Below, piece after piece: positions 38,367 through 48,797 of a stretch of DNA of 64,000 nt (position 1 is the stretch's first letter; the number at the start of each line of letters is the position of its first letter). The DNA is taken from assembly GCA_005884665.1 (NCBI GenBank), contig VBAT01000008.1:39105-103104 (forward strand), given 5' to 3'. The position numbers were made by a program, and so were the translations under genes. This stretch comes from Bacteroidota bacterium (GTDB lineage: Bacteria; Bacteroidota; Bacteroidia; Chitinophagales; Chitinophagaceae). Below the pieces are notes generated by a model. That model saw only the letters and a program-made list of their open reading frames with translations. It searched no databases and was not told the DNA's origin.

Positions 38367-39095
38367 ATGTTGGTTAAAGCGAAGGCCAAATATATTCAAA
38401 GTTTAGGCCAGAAAAAACACAGGGACTCAGAAGGGCGATTTATTGCTGAAGGCCCTAAGATAGTTTCTGAACTTCTGGACGCTGCACCGAATTACATCGA
38501 TGAGGTGTATGCTGTTAAAGAATGGCTAAAAGAATATCCATCACGAAAGGATTTTATCGAAGTAACGGAAGAGGAATTGGAAAAGCTTTCGCAGTTAAAG
38601 ACCCCGAACCAGGTAGTAGCAGTGTTGAGAAAATTCAATAACGATCATCCAATTGAAGTCAAAGGAAGATTATCGCTCGTGTTGGATACGATACAGGACC
38701 CCGGAAATTTGGGTACCATCATCCGTATCGCTGACTGGTTTGGTATCGAGCAGGTCATTTGCAGTAATGACTGTGCGGATGTATACAATCCAAAGGTGGT
38801 GCAGGCAAGTATGGGAAGTATTGCCAGAGTGAAAGTTTTTTATGCGGAGCTGGAAGAATGGCTTTACAAACAAAAAGATATTCCGATCTATGCTACTGCG
38901 CTGGAAGGAAAAGATTTCACAAAGATGAGCGCAGTTGCAGAAGGACTGATTGTTATCGGTAATGAATCAAAAGGAATTCATGAAAGGATACTGGCAATGA
39001 CCAACGAAAGGATAACAATTCCCAGGAAGGGTAAAGCGGAGTCGCTGAATGCAGCGGTGGCTGTTGGGATTGTGTTGTCGAGGCTGGCAGGGTAA
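38367..39095 (+). CDS. TrmH/SpoU-family RNA 2'-O-methyltransferase
   Basis: LVLDTIQDPGNLGTIIRIADWFG, VIGNESKGI and ESLNAAVAVGIVL motifs. Confidence 0.85.
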   Translation: MLVKAKAKYIQSLGQKKHRDSEGRFIAEGPKIVSELLDAAPNYIDEVYAVKEWLKEYPSRKDFIEVTEEELEKLSQLKTPNQVVAVLRKFNNDHPIEVKGRLSLVLDTIQDPGNLGTIIRIADWFGIEQVICSNDCADVYNPKVVQASMGSIARVKVFYAELEEWLYKQKDIPIYATALEGKDFTKMSAVAEGLIVIGNESKGIHERILAMTNERITIPRKGKAESLNAAVAVGIVLSRLAG

Positions 39096-39219
39096 AATTA
39101 TTTTAGGACGCGGGATGCCAGATACCGGATGATGGTTGCTAATAGTTAGATCAGATTATCTGGGATTAATTCTGTTAAGAGGATGGCAGAGCCGGTCTGT
39201 CGTTTCATTAATTGAATAT

Positions 39220-40479
39220 CTACCTGAAATGTATCGCTTTCACCGGTTGTATCCTTCTCACAACGATTGAAGGGATCATTAACACAAGGAAACATACCAG
39301 TAAAGTGCCGGCACAAATGATCCCGATCTGCCACCAAACGATTTTTACAGCAGCTTCGCTTAGATAATAAGCATCTTCCTGCAATTTGATAAAACCTGTC
39401 GCCTGTTGCAGGTATAAAACCCCGAGCGCAACAGCCGCACCGATTATGATACCGGTGATCGTAATAAAAACTGAATGCTGGAGAAATATTTTTTGAATGG
39501 TCCAGTTAGTAGCGCCCAAAGATTTAAGTATGCCGATCATTCTCACCCTTTCGATCACCAGCACGATCAGGCAGGTGATCAGGTTGACGACGGCTATAGC
39601 CACCATGATCCCGATCAGTACATTACGGGTTACATCCTGCATGTTCAGCCAGTCGAAGATATTGGGAGAAACGCTGGTCACTCCCTGGGTATCCCAGGTT
39701 TCAGGGAAATCTTTGAGATTGTAGATCTCATCGACCCCCTTATCTATCTTCTTATAATTTTTTAAAAATATCTCGTAGCCGCCGATCATATTTCTGTATT
39801 CTCCATTGTCCAATGTTGTGCTATCCGCATTCATCCGTTGAATAAGCTGGATATCTGCTATGGCAAACAACTGGTCATATTCGGAAATACCAGTCTTGTA
39901 AATCCCGGACACAATAAGTCTTCTTGCCCGGGGCGGGCCATCCGGTTGAATAAAATAAATAGACAGGGTATCGTTGACCTTTATTTTTAGCTGCCTGGCC
40001 GTGTAATCCGAAAGCATGATCTCCTTGCTGTAGGTTGAATCATTGTATTGTATCGGTCTGCCTTCCTTAATGAAGCGGCGGATATGATCGAAATTATATG
40101 AGCTATCAAGTCCTTTGATCAGGACGCCTTCGATTTCGTCTTTTGTTTTCAAAATGGCACGGCGCGTAGCAAAAGCATAGATATCGTCAACCAGCGGGTT
40201 TTTTTTGATTTCGGTGACCAGGCTGTCACTTTTACGGATTGGGATGTCTTCGGCGATCAGTGACTTGAAATCCTGCTTTTCCTGTATACGCATATGCCCC
40301 AGGAAACTGAATATTTTCTGGCTTACGGTTTCCTGGAACCCATTGGCAAAAGACAGCGTGATGATCATTATCGCCACGCTGATCACAGTAGCGGCGATAG
40401 AAAGCCGGATGATAAAACGGGAAAACGACTTTTGCTGATTAAATGCTATACGGTTTGCTATGAAGCCTGCAACCTTCAA
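39220..40479 (-). CDS. FtsX-like ABC transporter permease (LolC/LolE-type)
   Basis: N-terminus MKVAGFIANRIAFNQQKSFSRFIIRLSIAATVISVAIMIITLSFANGFQ and the C-terminal FtsX domain RMIGILKSLGATNWTIQKIFL. Confidence 0.82.
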   Translation of the reverse strand: MKVAGFIANRIAFNQQKSFSRFIIRLSIAATVISVAIMIITLSFANGFQETVSQKIFSFLGHMRIQEKQDFKSLIAEDIPIRKSDSLVTEIKKNPLVDDIYAFATRRAILKTKDEIEGVLIKGLDSSYNFDHIRRFIKEGRPIQYNDSTYSKEIMLSDYTARQLKIKVNDTLSIYFIQPDGPPRARRLIVSGIYKTGISEYDQLFAIADIQLIQRMNADSTTLDNGEYRNMIGGYEIFLKNYKKIDKGVDEIYNLKDFPETWDTQGVTSVSPNIFDWLNMQDVTRNVLIGIMVAIAVVNLITCLIVLVIERVRMIGILKSLGATNWTIQKIFLQHSVFITITGIIIGAAVALGVLYLQQATGFIKLQEDAYYLSEAAVKIVWWQIGIICAGTLLVCFLVLMIPSIVVRRIQPVKAIHFR

Positions 40480-40603
40480 ATTGAATTATTTGTCTACGTT
40501 TTGATAACTCGTTCGGACAAAAGTAAGCCGCCTGAAATATTTTACCTGTTTTTTTAATCAATTTTCGCAAATTGCATAGAATACAATAAACTGAAGGTGC
40601 CTG

Positions 40604-41878
40604 ATGAAAAAGATTATAACGTTTCTTTTGCTGTTTAGTACGCTGGTGGCGCGCCCGCAATTGCCAGATCACGTTTACAAGCCCAATATACGGACGGTTA
40701 AATTGTACAAAGCCGGCGATATCTATAGTTATCCCGTAATGGGGCTTAATAGCGCAGACCTGCTGGAACTACATTTTGATGATCTTGATGCAAGTGCTAA
40801 GAATTGTTATTATACTTACCTGCTTTGCAATGCTGACTGGACCCCTTCTGAGCTTCAACCTTTCGATTATATCCGGGGCTTTCAGTCCATGCGAATTACC
40901 ACATATCGCTATTCTTCGCTGAGTTTTACCAAATACACGCATTACCAGGCCACTCTTCCTGACAAAAACTGCATGCCGTTCAAGTCGGGCAATTACCTGC
41001 TGAAGGTTTTCCTGAATAACGACACCTCGGATCTCCTTTTTACCAAAAGATTCATGGTCGTGGATACAAGGATATCTATTGGCGCGCAATTACTGAAGCC
41101 ATTTAACCTACAACTGGCATTGAGCAACCAGCGCATCCAGATAGGCGTGAGCACCACAAATGCGCAGATCAATGCTTTTTCACCGCAGGACCTGAAAGTG
41201 GTCGTCTTGCAAAACAATACCTGGGCAACGGCTATGATGATAAACAAGCCTAATATCTATCGCGGCAATTATTATGAATACAACGACGATGCGATCTCTT
41301 TCCCGGCCGGAAAGGAATGGAGGTGGGTCGATCTTCGTACTATGCGACTAAGGAGCGACCGGGTAGCAAAGATCGTGGATACTTCTAAACGCGTTGACAT
41401 ATATGTGCAACCCGATGTCGAACGAAAAGCACAGATGTATGTTTACTACCATGACCTGGATGGAATTTATACGGTTGAGAATGCAGATGGCAACAACCCC
41501 GACTGGCAAAGCGATTATGCATATGTACATTTTACCTATGTACCTCCTGGCAACCAGGCCTATCCTGGGAGTGATCTTTATTTATTCGGCGAGCTTACCA
41601 ATTATACAGCCGATAATGCTTCCCGCATGACATTTAATCCCGATAAAGGTGCATATGAGGGGACACTTTTCCTGAAGCAGGGATACTATAACTACTCGTA
41701 TGTAATGGTGGCTCCCGATGAAGACGGACGGAACCGCATTACACTGGCCAACACTGAAGGGAACTATGACGTTACGGAGAATACCTATACGATCCTTGTA
41801 TATTATAAGGCATTTGGCGCCCGTTACGATGAGTTGTTGGGATATACACAATTTAGCACCCTCGGGTCGCGCAGGTAG
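40604..41878 (+). CDS. DUF5103 domain protein (T9SS plug-protein-like)
   Basis: Signal peptide, then YKPNIRTVKLYKAGDIYSYPVMGLNSADLLELHFDDLDA...YYYTYLLCNADWTPS, the typical DUF5103 N-terminus. Confidence 0.55.
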   Translation: MKKIITFLLLFSTLVARPQLPDHVYKPNIRTVKLYKAGDIYSYPVMGLNSADLLELHFDDLDASAKNCYYTYLLCNADWTPSELQPFDYIRGFQSMRITTYRYSSLSFTKYTHYQATLPDKNCMPFKSGNYLLKVFLNNDTSDLLFTKRFMVVDTRISIGAQLLKPFNLQLALSNQRIQIGVSTTNAQINAFSPQDLKVVVLQNNTWATAMMINKPNIYRGNYYEYNDDAISFPAGKEWRWVDLRTMRLRSDRVAKIVDTSKRVDIYVQPDVERKAQMYVYYHDLDGIYTVENADGNNPDWQSDYAYVHFTYVPPGNQAYPGSDLYLFGELTNYTADNASRMTFNPDKGAYEGTLFLKQGYYNYSYVMVAPDEDGRNRITLANTEGNYDVTENTYTILVYYKAFGARYDELLGYTQFSTLGSRR

Positions 41879-42010
41879 TCAATAGACCAGGGATATACAT
41901 TATAAAAACGTGGCAACTCTTACCCATCGGGGCATAATAAATTAGATGGTTGCTTTCTTAAAGTTTTTCATTACTTAAATCTTTTAATAAGCGAAAGCTT
42001 TACCTTTGCG

Positions 42011-42110
42011 GCCGGCAGGTCTTACACGACCAGCTCCTGCTGAACCCTCCCAGGGCCGGAAGGCAGCAAGAGTAGGTGGTTGAGCGGTGCGATGTAATAA
42101 GCCTGCCTTT
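42011..42110 (+). ncRNA. ffs: Signal recognition particle RNA (small bacterial type, 4.5S-like)
   Basis: The domain IV motif CAGGGCCGGAAGGCAGCAAG has a GGAA tetraloop (compare E. coli CAGGUCCGGAAGGAAGCAGC). The closing helix is GGCAGGTCTTAC ... GTAATAAGCCTGCC, followed by T8. A TAccTTTG -7 box lies at 42001-42008. Confidence 0.8.
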
Positions 42111-42147
42111 TTTTTACTTTAAAAACTCCGCCACGGGAGATCTCTAT

Positions 42148-42801
42148 ATGAAATTCTTTATCGACACAGCCAATCTTGCACAGATCAAGGAAGCCAACGA
42201 ACTGGGAATACTCGATGGGGTGACCACCAACCCTTCGTTAATGGCAAAAGAGGGTGTCAGGGGACATGATGCGATTGTCAATCATTATAGGACCATTTGT
42301 GAAATGGTGGATGGTGACATCAGTGCCGAAGTCGTTTCCACCGTTTTTAAAGATATTGTCGAGGAAGGAAAGAAACTGGCGGCTATTCATCCCAATATAG
42401 TCGTCAAGGTCCCGATGATCAAAGATGGTGTAAAAGCGATGAAATGGTTTACCGATAATGGTATCCGCACCAATTGTACGCTTTGTTTTTCTGCTGGCCA
42501 GGCTATTCTGGCTGCTAAAGCAGGCGCAGCCTATATTTCTCCGTTTATCGGCCGTATTGATGATAGCGGTTGGGATGGGGTGCTTCTTATAGAAGAGATC
42601 GTAAAAATTTATAAGGTGCAGGGATATAAAACGGAAATACTTGCTGCTTCTATCCGCAGTCCCAATCATATCATTCGCTGCGCCGCAGCCGGGGCACATG
42701 TATGCACCAGTCCGCTCGAATCTATTCTTGGATTATTAAAACATCCGCTGACAGATATTGGGCTAGCCAAGTTTTTAGAGGATGCCAAGAAGTCGGTTTA
42801 A
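42148..42801 (+). CDS. fsa: Fructose-6-phosphate aldolase / transaldolase (type 3B)
   Basis: MKFFIDTANLAQIKEANELGILDGVTTNPSL, with Schiff-base lysine region NIVVKVP and then ISPFIGRIDD. The track's 42076 start would read through the SRP RNA. Confidence 0.9.
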   Translation: MKFFIDTANLAQIKEANELGILDGVTTNPSLMAKEGVRGHDAIVNHYRTICEMVDGDISAEVVSTVFKDIVEEGKKLAAIHPNIVVKVPMIKDGVKAMKWFTDNGIRTNCTLCFSAGQAILAAKAGAAYISPFIGRIDDSGWDGVLLIEEIVKIYKVQGYKTEILAASIRSPNHIIRCAAAGAHVCTSPLESILGLLKHPLTDIGLAKFLEDAKKSV

Positions 42802-43128
42802 GGGCTAAGACGTTAAGGAGGGAAAGAGAAAAGGAGAAGAGTTTAATGGTAACTCACTACGAATTGCGGGGACAAACTTATTGCTGTGCTCTGTTTCTCG
42901 CTCTACCGCAATGACTCGCTCGCGGTTCCGATCACAATTACGATCCCGCATTCAAAATAATTGTTCAAATACGCAGCATTCAGCCCTCATTCAAAATTCA
43001 TTGCTTCGCTCCGCTCGCAATGACGAACATTCAAGATAATTGTTCAAGTTCTTAGGGTGCCGCATTCATTCAACATTCATCATTTAACATTCAAAATAAT
43101 TCAGGAACTTCCGTAAAAATATGCTGTA

Positions 43129-45996
43129 ATGCGTCGAACACTGCTTGCTGTCCTGGTTGCTCTGTCTATTTCTACTTTCTCATTTTCCCAACGTTTCGGC
43201 GGTAACCCGCCTTCGTTGAAATGGAAGCAGGTAAATACCGATACGGCAAGGATTATCTTTCCCGAGGGGCTGGACAGCCAGGCAATGAGAGTTGCTTCGT
43301 TGGTTCATTATCTTGCCGGGCAACCTCTCGCCGGCCAGGGATTGGCGCTCGGAAATAAGTTGTATAAAATAAATATTGTATTACAGAATCAAACTGTCAT
43401 TCCCAATGCTTACGTGGGCCTGGGGCCTTATCGCAGCGAGTTTTTCCTGACGCCGCCGCCGGGCAATTTTGACCAGGGTACTATCTCATGGCCCGATCAA
43501 CTGGCCATCCACGAATATCGCCACGTTCAGCAGTTCAATAATTTTCGGAGAGGACTTAGCAAACTGGTGTATATTTTATTTGGGCAGGAAGGGTATTCTG
43601 TAGCCATCAATGCATCTATCCCCGACTGGTTTTACGAAGGTGATGCGGTATACAATGAAACCATTTTATCAGAGCAGGGCAGGGGAAGAATACCACAGTT
43701 CCTGAACGCCTATCCATCTCTCTGGCAGGCCGGGAAAAATTATTCCTGGATGAAACTGCGGAATGGTTCGTTGAAAGATTATGTACCGGATCACTATCAT
43801 TTAGGTTACCTGCTGGTAAATTATGGCCGGGAAAAATATGGCCTTGATTTCTGGAGCAAGGTCACGGCAGACGCGGCAGCCTACAAAGGATTGTTCTACC
43901 CGTTTCAACATGCTATAAAAAAAGAGGCGGGCATCAGCTACAAAACTTTTACTGCTGATGCGTTTGCATACTATAAGAGCCTCCCCTCAGCCCCCTCGAA
44001 GAGAGATCTCCCCCAAACTCCCTCCCAAGGAGGGGGCTTAACGAACGGAAAAAATATTTTTAAGGTCAATAAGAAGGTGCTTACAAGTTACCTGTTTCCT
44101 TACCGCATTTCTGCCGATTCATTGATCTATTTAAAAGCAAGCAATGACCACAGACCCGCATTTTATATAAAAGACCAGGGAGGTGAGCATATGCTACGCG
44201 CAAGGGATATCTCTGCCGATCAACAGTTCTCTTATCGCAATGGTAAGCTGGTCTACACGGCGTATGAAACCGATCCACGCTGGGCCTGGCGTGACTACAG
44301 CGTAATAAAATTGTTGGATATACATTCAAATACCCAGCGGGCTTTTGGTCACAAGACGAAATATTTTTCACCCGATCTTTCCCCCTCTGGTACTAAGATA
44401 GCAGCAGTGCATGTGGATGAAAATGGAAAGAGTGAGATACATATTTTAGATGCGGAAAGTGGTGGGGTGACAAATACGATCAAATCCGCCGATATAACTT
44501 TATTTACTGATCCAAAGTTCATCGATGATGCTTCACTGGTTTGCGTGGTCCGTTTGAAGGATGGAAAAGCGGCACTGGCCATAGCAGATATCGCTTCGGG
44601 AAATACAGAAAGACTAACTACTCCATCCTATAATGTTGTCGGCTATCCCTGTGTAACCGAAGGGAAAGTTTATTTTACTGCATCATATGGTGGGAACGAC
44701 GATGTGTTTGTATTGCAGTTGAGCAATAAAAAGATATCACGGGTTACCAATAGCTCAATGGGTAATTATTTTGTAAACGCAGGTAGTGGTAAAATAACCT
44801 GGTCAACATTTACTGCCGAAGGTTATCAACTGCAGGAGGTTGATGAAAAGGATATCAAATTGATCCCGGTAGATGATGCTACCGTGGAGAAAACGGCAAT
44901 AGAGTTTCCGGTGAGTCATGCCAATGAGATCCCGGATGTGTTATTGAACCCGGTGGTAAACCGGCAGTTTCCTGAGAAAAATTACAGCAAGGGAAGGGGC
45001 CTGTTCAATTTTCATAGCTGGCGACCTTATTATGAAGATCCCATCTTTACATATTCAATATATGGAGAAAATATTCTAAATACTTTTCAAAGCGAATTAT
45101 ATTATCTCTACAACCAGGATGATAAAACCAATGCCGTGGGCGCCAATCTTGTCTATGGTGCCTGGTTCCCTTACCTAAGCATCGGAACACAATACACATT
45201 TGACCGCCAGGTAGTGGTCAGCAACAAGGTGAAACAATGGGACCAGCTCGATTCGCGGATCGGTTTTAATATCCCTTTGAGCTGGGTAGTCGGTAAAGCC
45301 TTTGACCGCCTAAACTTTGGCAGCAGCTATGTTTACCGGAATGATTTTAATAAGGGAGTTAATAAAGACCTGTTCACAAAGATCAGTTTCAGTTACCTGT
45401 CTCATTTTATCACCTGGGCACAGGAAGCGCAAATGGCGCCGCAACATATTTTTCCAAGACTTGGTTATAATTTGACCTTTAATTATCGACATGCAATAAC
45501 TAATTATAAGAGCTGGCAACCATTGCTGACTGGTAATATTTATCTTCCGGGTGCATTGCCTACACATAGCCTGGTGATATCCGGCGCTTTCCAGGAAACA
45601 GATACGTTGAATACTTTATTTGCCAATCGCTTTCCCTATTCAAGAGGATTTAATGAAGCTTATTTTGCCCGGATGTGGAAGATAACAGGTGAATATCATT
45701 TCCCGATCCTGTATCCGGATTTTGGATTTGCCAATATTCTGTATTTGCAAAGGTTCAGAGGAGACCTGTTCTATGATCTCACCCGTGTGTATTCAAGGGA
45801 CAAATCGGTCACCAGGGACCAGAGAAGTTATGGAGCGGAAATTTTTGTTGATACAAAATGGTGGAATCAATACCCCCTAACTTTTGGCTTCAGGATCTCT
45901 CATTTGCTGGACAACGATCTCCTGAACCGAACCGGCATGCCGGCCGGGACCAATGTTTTTGAATTTATATTACCTGTTAGCATAATCCCGAGATAG
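43129..45996 (+). CDS. Large secreted protein with an HExxH motif and a TolB/PD40-like beta-propeller region (function unknown)
   Basis: Signal peptide. LAIHEYRHVQQF contains HEYRH. The middle region has propeller-like repeats (FSPDLSPSGTKIAAVHVDENGKSEIHILD...) and the C-terminus is beta-rich. Confidence 0.45.
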   Translation: MRRTLLAVLVALSISTFSFSQRFGGNPPSLKWKQVNTDTARIIFPEGLDSQAMRVASLVHYLAGQPLAGQGLALGNKLYKINIVLQNQTVIPNAYVGLGPYRSEFFLTPPPGNFDQGTISWPDQLAIHEYRHVQQFNNFRRGLSKLVYILFGQEGYSVAINASIPDWFYEGDAVYNETILSEQGRGRIPQFLNAYPSLWQAGKNYSWMKLRNGSLKDYVPDHYHLGYLLVNYGREKYGLDFWSKVTADAAAYKGLFYPFQHAIKKEAGISYKTFTADAFAYYKSLPSAPSKRDLPQTPSQGGGLTNGKNIFKVNKKVLTSYLFPYRISADSLIYLKASNDHRPAFYIKDQGGEHMLRARDISADQQFSYRNGKLVYTAYETDPRWAWRDYSVIKLLDIHSNTQRAFGHKTKYFSPDLSPSGTKIAAVHVDENGKSEIHILDAESGGVTNTIKSADITLFTDPKFIDDASLVCVVRLKDGKAALAIADIASGNTERLTTPSYNVVGYPCVTEGKVYFTASYGGNDDVFVLQLSNKKISRVTNSSMGNYFVNAGSGKITWSTFTAEGYQLQEVDEKDIKLIPVDDATVEKTAIEFPVSHANEIPDVLLNPVVNRQFPEKNYSKGRGLFNFHSWRPYYEDPIFTYSIYGENILNTFQSELYYLYNQDDKTNAVGANLVYGAWFPYLSIGTQYTFDRQVVVSNKVKQWDQLDSRIGFNIPLSWVVGKAFDRLNFGSSYVYRNDFNKGVNKDLFTKISFSYLSHFITWAQEAQMAPQHIFPRLGYNLTFNYRHAITNYKSWQPLLTGNIYLPGALPTHSLVISGAFQETDTLNTLFANRFPYSRGFNEAYFARMWKITGEYHFPILYPDFGFANILYLQRFRGDLFYDLTRVYSRDKSVTRDQRSYGAEIFVDTKWWNQYPLTFGFRISHLLDNDLLNRTGMPAGTNVFEFILPVSIIPR

Positions 45997-46100
45997 CCAT
46001 GCGGCCCACAGAGCGCGACGGGAATACACGGAGAGCCGCTGAGATGGATTGAATGAGATAGGAAGTAACTCCGTGGAACTCTGCGCGCCCTCAGTGGCCT

Positions 46101-48797
46101 TTACAGGCTTTGCAGGCTTTCTTCTATTGCTTTGATCTTTGCTTCAGCATCGGCCTTTTTCTGCTTTTCAACTTCCACCACTTCCGGCTTTGCGTTTTGA
46201 ACAAAACGTTCATTACCTAACTTTTTCTCTACAGAAGCAAGAAATCCTTTTTGATAGTCCAGGTCTTTTATCAGCTGGTCTCTTTGCGAAGATGTATCCA
46301 TTAAGGCTGTAGCGGCAATAAAGAATTTATCCTTACCAACAACAACCGTTATGCTGTTGTTGATCGCTGCATCGGTAAAAGCAACCTCTGCATTTGCCTG
46401 TTTGACCAGTATGGATTCAATGGACTTATATTGTGCTGCATTGTCAGAAAGAATATGCAGTTGTATAGGGTCCCTTGGTTTTAGTTGCGCTTTGACCCTG
46501 GCATCGCGAATGGCTGTGATGACTTCTTTCAGGAGTGCTCCGAGATTGGTGATCCCTGGTTTTATGGATCCCGGTTGTGCAAGCTGTTTTACCGTGAGAT
46601 CGTCAGACCTTTCCTTTAATTGGTGATAGATCTCTTCAGTAATAAAGGGCATGAACGGATGCAGCAATTGCATCAGTTGTTCAAAGAAATCAGTCGTCTT
46701 TTCATAAACGCTTTTATCGATGGGTTGTTCAAAACCGGGTTTCACCCATTCAAGATACCAGCTACAGAAATCGTCCCAGATCAGGGAATAAATCGTTTTG
46801 AGAATTTCACTTAAGCGAAAGTCTTTGTACAACCCATCGATCTCTGTTTTGGCCTCATTCAGCCGGTTTTCAAACCAGTCGACTGCAAAGTTTGCATCCG
46901 CCTGCCCACCGGTAGCAGCTTGTCGGCCTTCCCACATTTTTACGAGCTTCAAGGCATTCCATATCTTATTATTGAAATGTGACCCCTGTTCATTGCTTGC
47001 TTCATCCCATAGCAGGTCATTACCAGCAGGTGAGGAGATCATGATGCCGAACCGCACGGCGTCGGCGCCGTATTTATCGATCAAAGCGAGAAGATCGGGC
47101 GAGTTGCCGAGACTCTTGCTCATTTTTCTTCCCTGCTTATCGCGAACAATACCTGTAAAATAAACGTCGTTGAATGGTTTTTCGCCCTGGTACTCGAAAC
47201 CAGCCATGATCATCCTGGCTACCCAGAAAAAAATAATCTCGGGAGCTGTCACTAATGTATTGGTGGGATAATAGTATTTGAGATCCGGGTTTCCGGGATT
47301 ACTGTATCCATCAAAGACTTCGAACGGCCAGAGCCAACTGGAAAACCAGGTGTCGAGGCAGTCTTCGTCTTGTTTGAGATCGGCAATAGTCAACGGTGTC
47401 CCGATAGCCATCGGCACGTGAATGGAGTCTCCTGATTGACCATCGACCTCCCGATGGCTATCGGGAGACGATTCATGAACAAGTAGATTGAAGGCTTCTT
47501 CCTTTGTAGCTGCGACTGCAAAGCGCCCGTCCGGCGTAAACCATGCGGGAATGCGATGTCCCCACCAAAGCTGGCGACTGATGCACCAGTCCTTTATGTT
47601 CTCCATCCAGTGGCGATAGAGATTCTTGAACTTTACGGGATAGAACTTGATATCATCGTCCACCACGGCTTTCAGGGCCGGACCGGATATTTTCTTCATA
47701 TCCACCCACCATTGAAGACTTAGACGAGGCTCTACTACTGCATCTGTTCTTTCGCTATAGCCGACCTCGCTGGTATAATCTTCGGTTTTTACGATATACC
47801 CTTTGGCATCGAGCTCCGCAACGATCTTTTTTCTCGCTTCGAAGCGATCTTCGCCGATATAGATCTGCGCTTCTTTGTTCAGCGTTCCATCTTCATTAAA
47901 TATGTCCACGATCTCGAGCTTATGTTTTTGTCCAAGCTGATAGTCGTTCATATCATGAGCAGGTGTGATCTTCAATGCACCGGTCCCGAAATCCATCGTT
48001 ACATATTCGTCGGTAATAATGGGAATGCGGCGGTTAATAAGTGGTACAAAGGCAAACCTGCCATGAAGATGCTTGTATCTCTCGTCGGCGGGATGTACAC
48101 AAATCGCTGTGTCTCCCATAATAGTTTCGGGTCTGACAGTTGCAATGGTAATAAACTCTTCCGAAGGACGGGAGGATCTATCTTCCAGGAAGTATTTTAA
48201 ATAATATAATTTCTGCTGTGTTTCTTTCCGTATCACTTCTTCATCACTCAACGCAGTTTTCGCCTTCGCATCCCAGTTGATCATTCTCTTACCTCTGTAG
48301 ATATATCCTTTGTTATAGAGGTCTATGAATACATCGATGACGGCCTGGTAGTAGTCTGGGTCCATGGTGAAGGTGGTCCTCTCCCAATCGGCGCTGCATC
48401 CCAGTTTCCTTAATTGCTGGAGAATGATACCACCATATTTTTCTTTCCATTCCCAGGCATATTTTAAAAACTCATCGCGGCTGAGGGAAGACTTGCTTAT
48501 TCCTCTTTCCCGGAGCATCTGCACCACTTTTGCCTCGGTGGCTATGGAAGCATGATCGGTTCCTGGCACCCAACAGGCATTCTTTCCCTGCATTCTTGCG
48601 CGGCGGATCAAAATATCCTGGATGCTGTTGTTGAGACAATGGCCCATGTGTAACACACCCGTAACGTTGGGAGGGGGCATCACGATGGTATAGGGTTCCC
48701 GTCCGTCTGGCTGGCTGTGGAAATATTTTTTGGCTAACCAGTGCTGGTACCATTTCTGCTCGGCCGCACTATGCTCGAAATTCTTTGAAAGGCTCAT
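46101..48797 (-). CDS. valS: Valine--tRNA ligase
   Basis: PPPNVTGVLHMGHCLN (HIGH), KMSKSLGN, an editing domain and a C-terminal coiled coil. Contains an atypical insert, SSPDSHREVDGQSGDSIHVPMAIG (see findings). Confidence 0.95.
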   Translation of the reverse strand: MSLSKNFEHSAAEQKWYQHWLAKKYFHSQPDGREPYTIVMPPPNVTGVLHMGHCLNNSIQDILIRRARMQGKNACWVPGTDHASIATEAKVVQMLRERGISKSSLSRDEFLKYAWEWKEKYGGIILQQLRKLGCSADWERTTFTMDPDYYQAVIDVFIDLYNKGYIYRGKRMINWDAKAKTALSDEEVIRKETQQKLYYLKYFLEDRSSRPSEEFITIATVRPETIMGDTAICVHPADERYKHLHGRFAFVPLINRRIPIITDEYVTMDFGTGALKITPAHDMNDYQLGQKHKLEIVDIFNEDGTLNKEAQIYIGEDRFEARKKIVAELDAKGYIVKTEDYTSEVGYSERTDAVVEPRLSLQWWVDMKKISGPALKAVVDDDIKFYPVKFKNLYRHWMENIKDWCISRQLWWGHRIPAWFTPDGRFAVAATKEEAFNLLVHESSPDSHREVDGQSGDSIHVPMAIGTPLTIADLKQDEDCLDTWFSSWLWPFEVFDGYSNPGNPDLKYYYPTNTLVTAPEIIFFWVARMIMAGFEYQGEKPFNDVYFTGIVRDKQGRKMSKSLGNSPDLLALIDKYGADAVRFGIMISSPAGNDLLWDEASNEQGSHFNNKIWNALKLVKMWEGRQAATGGQADANFAVDWFENRLNEAKTEIDGLYKDFRLSEILKTIYSLIWDDFCSWYLEWVKPGFEQPIDKSVYEKTTDFFEQLMQLLHPFMPFITEEIYHQLKERSDDLTVKQLAQPGSIKPGITNLGALLKEVITAIRDARVKAQLKPRDPIQLHILSDNAAQYKSIESILVKQANAEVAFTDAAINNSITVVVGKDKFFIAATALMDTSSQRDQLIKDLDYQKGFLASVEKKLGNERFVQNAKPEVVEVEKQKKADAEAKIKAIEESLQSL

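Noticed and set aside
42238-42699. 153-aa antisense ORF inside fsa
   Set aside because: It lies on the opposite strand of a highly conserved aldolase frame, and no motif is present.
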